Shown: in pieces, positions 58,511 through 64,000 of the stretch
Numbering within the stretch: position 1 is the stretch's first letter
Layout of the letters: every line of letters starts with the position of its first letter
Virus record (IMG/VR): IMGVR_UViG_3300031227_011830
Length of the DNA: 64,000 bases
Source: an uncultured virus (IMG/VR IMGVR_UViG_3300031227_011830)
Taxonomy: Duplodnaviria > Heunggongvirae > Uroviricota > Caudoviricetes
Direction: 5' to 3' (one strand)
The notes under the pieces: generated by a model
The model's database searches: none
Told to the model about the DNA's origin: nothing
The model's input: the letters and a program-made list of their open reading frames with translations, nothing else
Program-made: the position numbers and the translations under genes

Positions 58511-59451
58511 CCTTTTACTCCTTTATGCCAACCAAAAGCGGTCAAAACAATCTTGTCAATATCACTCATGCTTGGCAACCAATTCAATTCCGATTTGGCC
58601 TTGTCTACCACGGCCAACGAAAATGGAGAAACGTCTTTTTTGCGTACGCCAACCCTTATCGGCTTGTCAATAATGCCGCCTATCTTCTCCAAAAGAGTCA
58701 TAATGGAAGTGCCATAACCAGAACCAATGTTGAATACGCTAAATTTGCTCTTCTTTGTATGCTCAATAGCTCTCAAATGAGCATCAGCAACATCACAAAC
58801 ATGAACATAATCACGAATACAAGTCCCGTCAAATGTTGGCCAATCAGCTCCATGCATTATAAACTTAGTGTCCATTCCAAAACCTACCCGAATGATGCTC
58901 GGAATGATAGCAGAAGATTCTATCGTTTCGCCTATCTTTCCTGAAATGTGAGCGCCGCCAACATTGAAAGGCCGCAAAACTGTACACCGTAAATCACTCC
59001 AACGAGTAAACGCCTCTATCTGCTCTTCTGCTATCAATTTGCTATAACCATAATCACTCTCGGGATTCTTACAAGCTTCTTCATCAACCCCTGATAAATA
59101 TGAACCATATACAGCCGCCGATGAACAAAACACAAGACGATTGATGCCACATTTGAGCATGCTTTTTATCACACTAAGTGTACCACGAGTGTTGTTCTCA
59201 TAATACCGCCTTGCAGGATGCTTTCCCTTTCCAATTTCCTTGATAGCAGCAAGATGACATACAATGCTTATGTTGTGCGTAAGTATGGTTTCAGAAAGCA
59301 AAGTCTCATTGAGAACATTCCCCGTAACATGACTATCCCCAAGCGAAGGACTCAAATCATACACTATTGGATTATACCCACTATCCTGCAATAATTTTAC
59401 AAGATGTATCCCAATATAGCCTGCGCCGCCTGTTACAAGTACGTTTTCCAT
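58498..59451 (-). CDS. galE: UDP-glucose 4-epimerase
   Basis: TGGAGYIG, SSAAVYG, YGYSK, FNVGGAH, DGTCIRDYVHV. Confidence 0.88.
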   Translation of the reverse strand: MENVLVTGGAGYIGIHLVKLLQDSGYNPIVYDLSPSLGDSHVTGNVLNETLLSETILTHNISIVCHLAAIKEIGKGKHPARRYYENNTRGTLSVIKSMLKCGINRLVFCSSAAVYGSYLSGVDEEACKNPESDYGYSKLIAEEQIEAFTRWSDLRCTVLRPFNVGGAHISGKIGETIESSAIIPSIIRVGFGMDTKFIMHGADWPTFDGTCIRDYVHVCDVADAHLRAIEHTKKSKFSVFNIGSGYGTSIMTLLEKIGGIIDKPIRVGVRKKDVSPFSLAVVDKAKSELNWLPSMSDIDKIVLTAFGWHKGVKGCLT

Positions 59452-59462
59452 TACTTCTGCCC

Positions 59463-62252
59463 TTACTTCTGAAGAATCGTACTGCCTTTATTGACATCAT
59501 AAAACCACGTATTGCTGTCCTCAAACTTACGCAACGGAATAAACGCAATATACCCCTTCTTGATTTCACCCCGAAATTGCTTCTGACCTTTCTGGAAAAC
59601 AAAAAACTTTATCTCGTCTACATCATCACTCAACTCTATAAACAAATAAGGATTCCCATTCTTCGACACTCTTGGTGTAATGTCTTCTACACGACCAAAT
59701 ACAAACGATAAACTGTCCCGATGACATAAGTCCGATATGAAACAGCCCAAACTTTGAGATTCTACCTTGTCTCTATACTGACTCTGTAAAGTTGGCTTTG
59801 ATAAGCATAACCCGTTCAATGCTTCACGCTCATGCTTTTCCAAACTCGTTTCAGTAAACTCAGGTGGCTCGTCTTTTTTGATTTTGCGAAGCTCAAAATA
59901 CCTGTCCGATACTTCTTGGGGTGCCCCAAAACAATCAAATGCCCGCGCATATACCAAATTCATGAATACACGCTTGTTGACCCGACGACGATTTACACGA
60001 TTATGAAAATCCTCTACATCCTTGAATAGACCATTAGCCTCGCGCTCAACAACAATGTCCGCCGCCGACTTGCCAACTTGCTTGATATGATTCAAAGCGA
60101 ATCGCATTTCTCCATCTTCAATGCTGAAACCGTCAAGACTCTTATTGATGTTCGGTCCTAATATCTTGATGCCCCGGCGTCGAGCATAACTAATGTAATC
60201 CATCATCAACGGACGACTATCAGTTTGTCGCTTCTTCTTCGCAGGGGGCGTGTTGTTTAACAATGCGGTAATATACTCTGTGGGATAATGATGCTTCAAC
60301 CAAAACTCAGCCGATGTTACTGCCGAATATGCCATTGCATGGGAATTAGACGTGATTATTCCATTAGCAAGCGCAAAGTTGTGGGATGGATGACGTACTT
60401 CCAAATCGTAGACATGTCGGTAGCCCACAAACACTGCTGATAACACTCTCCGAATAACCACACGCCCGGAATCGACTTGTTTAGTAGAACATTCTAAGCT
60501 TTCAAGTAATGAAGGAACCAAAATCTTTTGCGTTCTTTCCCATAAACCTAACGCATCTAACCGTCTCGTTTTACTGCTGACCATAGACAATACTTCTATG
60601 TTGTCCTTCATTATTTTCCATAGCGGAAGCATTCCATTAGGTGTAAGAAACTTATGATTGACAGAACAAGTAACCTTTTCGCCAGCATCAAATGTGACTT
60701 CAAAGGATTTCAACTTGCCGTGGTCATGCAATGCAATCACTTCTGTTGGCACAAAATTACCACCATCGTAACACCATACACTATCACCAGATTCAAAATC
60801 GCATATTCTCTTACTCCTGCCATCTACTGTATCAACCAATGTATCTTTGTCAACTGAACGATTGAATCCATAACCACCGAAACTTTTCAATAAATTCCAA
60901 ATCTCGTCAACTTCTTGCTCTGTTACTTCCCCGGAATCAACCCTTGCTTGTGCCCCCTTCTTGAACTTTTCTTCCATTATGGGCAACCTATCCAGTTTCT
61001 TCTTTGCTATGACACTACGCAATTGATTTGACTCAACAGGGGTGAAGCCCGCAAATACCTGAGCAACCTTCATTACTTGCTCCTGATAAACAATTACGCC
61101 ATACGTCTCAGATAATATCTCTCGTAAACACGGAATCATCTCATATTGCTCACCATGCTTACGCCGTGCATATACTTGGTCCATTCCCATGTTCTTCGGA
61201 CCAGGACGTATCAATGAAGTCACAGCACTAATGTCGAAAATGCTATCAACGCCAACAGCATCTATAACCGGTTTCGTACCAGGACTCTCAAACTGAAAAA
61301 TACCAACGCAATCCTGCTTAGCTTGTAACCTAATAACCTCACAGTCATTGATAGGCAACCTACTACGACTCAATTTTCTGCCACGTCCTGCTTCAATATA
61401 CTGCAAACAATCTGAAATAACAGATAAATTTTTTAATCCCAAAATGTCGAATTTGACAAGACCAATTTCACTCAATTCGTGTGTTGCTAAACCTTCTGAC
61501 CATACTGATACCACAGCACCACTATTATCGCGAAAAACGGCTACCTTGTCCTGTAAATCCAAATTGCTTATGATGACGCCGCCGGCATGTTTTCCAGCAT
61601 TCTTGACCTGATTCCTGAGAACCTTTGCATGAGTCAATACTTCAGGATTCTTGTCAAAATAAGTTTTCAGCTCAGGATAGTGCTTGCAAACTTCCTCAAA
61701 ATCCATCTCATCAATCTTTTGCTCTTCGCTTTCACCTTCGCCCAGAGCAACATCAAACTTGGCAAGCGTATCCATCTGCTTGGTTACCTGCATCGCAGCC
61801 CATACATCCAATCCTAATGCTCTGGATACATCAACTATTACAGCACGTGTCTTGTACGTCTGATACGTTCCAATTGAACACGTCTTGGCTTCCCCAAATA
61901 CATCTACTATGTGAGCTTTCACCCAATCCCTAACACGAGGATCAAAATCAGTATCAATGTCGGGAACAGTTCCTCCAAAAAATTTGTCTTTGTACAAATC
62001 TTTACAAGACAACACTGGATCAATCAAGGCAATATCAAGCAAAAACATAATAAGACTATTATAACTATCAGCATTCTTGATATTTTGCTCTTTGCTTGCC
62101 TGCCACAACCTATTACAGGTTCCTCTATTTTTAGATTCCGTCTTTCTCAACTCTTCTAACTCTTCCACAAGACGATTTAGATACCGCTTTTGATTTCCAA
62201 ATTCAGACATGATTCTTTCAACACAACGCTTCTTTATCTCAAAAAAAGACAT
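59463..62252 (-). CDS. dnaE: DNA polymerase III alpha, catalytic C-terminal part, with intein
   Basis: PDIDTD, HAGGV, KFDILG, FQFES, YQEQ, FN|SH; GAGG RBS before MSFFEIK at 62252. Confidence 0.92.
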   Translation of the reverse strand: MSFFEIKKRCVERIMSEFGNQKRYLNRLVEELEELRKTESKNRGTCNRLWQASKEQNIKNADSYNSLIMFLLDIALIDPVLSCKDLYKDKFFGGTVPDIDTDFDPRVRDWVKAHIVDVFGEAKTCSIGTYQTYKTRAVIVDVSRALGLDVWAAMQVTKQMDTLAKFDVALGEGESEEQKIDEMDFEEVCKHYPELKTYFDKNPEVLTHAKVLRNQVKNAGKHAGGVIISNLDLQDKVAVFRDNSGAVVSVWSEGLATHELSEIGLVKFDILGLKNLSVISDCLQYIEAGRGRKLSRSRLPINDCEVIRLQAKQDCVGIFQFESPGTKPVIDAVGVDSIFDISAVTSLIRPGPKNMGMDQVYARRKHGEQYEMIPCLREILSETYGVIVYQEQVMKVAQVFAGFTPVESNQLRSVIAKKKLDRLPIMEEKFKKGAQARVDSGEVTEQEVDEIWNLLKSFGGYGFNRSVDKDTLVDTVDGRSKRICDFESGDSVWCYDGGNFVPTEVIALHDHGKLKSFEVTFDAGEKVTCSVNHKFLTPNGMLPLWKIMKDNIEVLSMVSSKTRRLDALGLWERTQKILVPSLLESLECSTKQVDSGRVVIRRVLSAVFVGYRHVYDLEVRHPSHNFALANGIITSNSHAMAYSAVTSAEFWLKHHYPTEYITALLNNTPPAKKKRQTDSRPLMMDYISYARRRGIKILGPNINKSLDGFSIEDGEMRFALNHIKQVGKSAADIVVEREANGLFKDVEDFHNRVNRRRVNKRVFMNLVYARAFDCFGAPQEVSDRYFELRKIKKDEPPEFTETSLEKHEREALNGLCLSKPTLQSQYRDKVESQSLGCFISDLCHRDSLSFVFGRVEDITPRVSKNGNPYLFIELSDDVDEIKFFVFQKGQKQFRGEIKKGYIAFIPLRKFEDSNTWFYDVNKGSTILQK
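60345..60857 (-). mobile_element. 171-aa mini-intein in DnaE
   Basis: Inserted in GYGFNR|SHAMAY; starts SVDKDTLV, block B CSVNHKF, block F VYDLEV, ends HNFALANGIITSN; no endonuclease domain. Confidence 0.88.
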
Positions 62253-62268
62253 TCTTATATTTTCCTCT

Positions 62269-62361
62269 TCATGCTTTGCCCATAACATTTTTTGAACAAA
62301 ACTTTCTGCGTTCTTTTCGGTTATTTTGAAACTCTCTATTACAATGTAAGCATTTATCCAT
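62269..62361 (-). pseudogene. Zn-finger stub typical of HNH homing endonuclease N-termini
   Basis: AAGGAG RBS; MDKCLHCNREF...RRKFCSK; one extra A in the A-run would give FCSKKCYGQSMK. Confidence 0.55.
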
Positions 62362-62376
62362 GATGATTCTCCTTAT

Positions 62377-63969
62377 TTATACACCAAAACTGCAAAATTT
62401 TTCCCCCATGCGACCATAATCTAAAAACCGCTCAAAAAGTAATCCATACTTGATCGGATCAAGATCAGTCAAACCAAGACACCAAGATACAATCGAACCG
62501 GCTGCACTGCCTCTCCCCCAACCCACGCAACCTTCGCCAAACTTCTCCTTCGTATCACTGATTATCCTATCCATTGCCAAAAAATAATCAGCAAAACCCA
62601 AATTGCATATCACTTCTAACTCAAAATTGAGCCTATCACTATACTGCTTTCCTCGCAAATTCTTTGCCTTGAACCCCGCCTTTGCCTTTCCTCGCAACAC
62701 CGAAGAACTATCATCAAAAAGCTTGGGCAACTTGAACTCAGAATCCAAAACTATCTCTTCGCACTTCATAGCTATGAGACGAGTATTCTCAAATGCCTCA
62801 TTCAATACTTCCTCAGTAAATACGTCACTTCGATAAGCTAACGCACGGCCAGTTGTAACATCTGAAAATATGCCATCACCCCACAACTGCCGCATCTCAG
62901 CTTCCGAACGATAATACAGATTCTTGGCCTCAAATTGCCACACTTCTTCAGGATTCTCTATCTTGTCATCTATCGTCTTTCCACTCTTGATGAGTAAAAG
63001 AATATCATGAGTCGCAGTATGCTCCGGTAACAAATAATGACTATCACAACTAACGATTAGCGGAGCCCCTACTTCCCTGGCAAACTCAATCAACCTATGA
63101 GTGACTTCAATCTGAACCTGCATCTCTATCAAAGTCAATTCAATGTAAAACTCGTCAAATGCCTCATTGTAAAAATCATAAACACGACGTGCCTCATCCT
63201 TCTTGTCATCCATCAACAAAACAGCTAATTCACCGCCCATGCAGGCCGAACTCGATATGATGCCTTCGCCCCATCGCTTCATCGCTTCTTTGTTGACACG
63301 GGGACGATAATAAAATCCATGAAGCTGAGCATCATTGTGTATCTTGATGAGATTGTAAAATCCAACCTCATTACGAGCTAACATGACAAGATGAAAATTG
63401 CGCCGATGAGACTTTCGCTCCTCAACATCATCGCCACGATACTCATTGCAATATGCCTCAAATCCAAAAATGGGCTTTATTCCAGCCTTGCGACAAATAC
63501 CATACTGCTTTATCCAACCGCCAACATGACCATGATTGGTCACTGAACAAAATGATTGCTTCCGCTTCTGAAGTTGCTTTACCAAACCCCCTACAGTGCC
63601 CAAACCATCGCGAATGCTAAACTCATCATGATGATGTAAATTGACAAATCGGTCCCCTATCGCTTTACGTACTTTTTCATGTAAGCTCGGCCTGAATGTG
63701 CCGTCCGAAATCACAGGATACTTGCGTGATAAAATTGCGCCCCCAACTTGAATCACAAGATTAGAATCGCATAGCCTAATCTCCTCACGAGAAAAATCGT
63801 CATCCTGCTTAGGCCATGTTACATTTACCTCAAACCTATCAATACCAAGCTCAGTAAGATACTGAGATATGTCATAAGATTCATCTGGAACAACAAACAA
63901 AATCGGCCTGCCAGGATGATCTATCTCATCCTTTACTCCACTCTGTTCATATAGCTTTTCAAGATTCAC
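62377..63969 (-). CDS. dnaE: DNA polymerase III alpha, N-terminal PHP part
   Basis: NLHHHDEFSIRDG, TNHG, KPIFGFE, HLVMLA, DSHY, GRGSAAGS, LLFERFL. Confidence 0.92.
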   Translation of the reverse strand: MNLEKLYEQSGVKDEIDHPGRPILFVVPDESYDISQYLTELGIDRFEVNVTWPKQDDDFSREEIRLCDSNLVIQVGGAILSRKYPVISDGTFRPSLHEKVRKAIGDRFVNLHHHDEFSIRDGLGTVGGLVKQLQKRKQSFCSVTNHGHVGGWIKQYGICRKAGIKPIFGFEAYCNEYRGDDVEERKSHRRNFHLVMLARNEVGFYNLIKIHNDAQLHGFYYRPRVNKEAMKRWGEGIISSSACMGGELAVLLMDDKKDEARRVYDFYNEAFDEFYIELTLIEMQVQIEVTHRLIEFAREVGAPLIVSCDSHYLLPEHTATHDILLLIKSGKTIDDKIENPEEVWQFEAKNLYYRSEAEMRQLWGDGIFSDVTTGRALAYRSDVFTEEVLNEAFENTRLIAMKCEEIVLDSEFKLPKLFDDSSSVLRGKAKAGFKAKNLRGKQYSDRLNFELEVICNLGFADYFLAMDRIISDTKEKFGEGCVGWGRGSAAGSIVSWCLGLTDLDPIKYGLLFERFLDYGRMGEKFCSFGV

Positions 63970-64000
63970 ACTTGTACCTTTCCGCTACCCATGCCGGTGT

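Noticed and set aside
62252..62377. Split intein joining the DnaE halves
   Set aside because: Neither end has intein N- or C-fragment motifs.

Overview
This looks like a 64-kb segment of a large (probably jumbo) tailed bacteriophage or phage-like element; nearly every real gene is on the minus strand. From left to right: (1) 1-10 kb, virion fibre/decoration genes (collagen G-X-Y proteins, a DSxVTTxKIA-repeat protein) with a three-domain glycosyltransferase embedded among them. (2) 10-17.5 kb, small probable late genes (aldo-keto reductase, a very basic protein, a DUF5320-like protein, a multi-WYL-like protein), many sharing a terminal 'A-x-E-L-x-[KR]-[IL]-A-[KR]-x-L' helix, plus the only plus-strand gene, an HNH/Rep-like ORF preceded by two 16-bp repeats at 22-bp spacing. 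(3) 17.5-41 kb, recombination, topology and accessory genes: RuvC, SbcC-like, ClpS, a nucleotidyltransferase split by a LAGLIDADG gene with no room for an intron scaffold, a GC-rich voltage-gated K+ channel, GyrA/GyrB flanking APS kinase and an AsnB-like ATPase, an intact TnpB-only IS200/IS605 element and two IS remnants. (4) 41-59.5 kb, an about 18-kb glycosyltransferase/methyltransferase/GalE cluster including a 2136-aa radical-SAM/multi-GT fusion. (5) 59.5-64 kb, DnaE in two ORFs, with a mini-intein and an endonuclease-like stub at the split. Several genes carry frame-disrupting lesions. No CRISPR array, tRNA or rRNA was recognised. All family calls come from motif recognition by eye, not from database searches.
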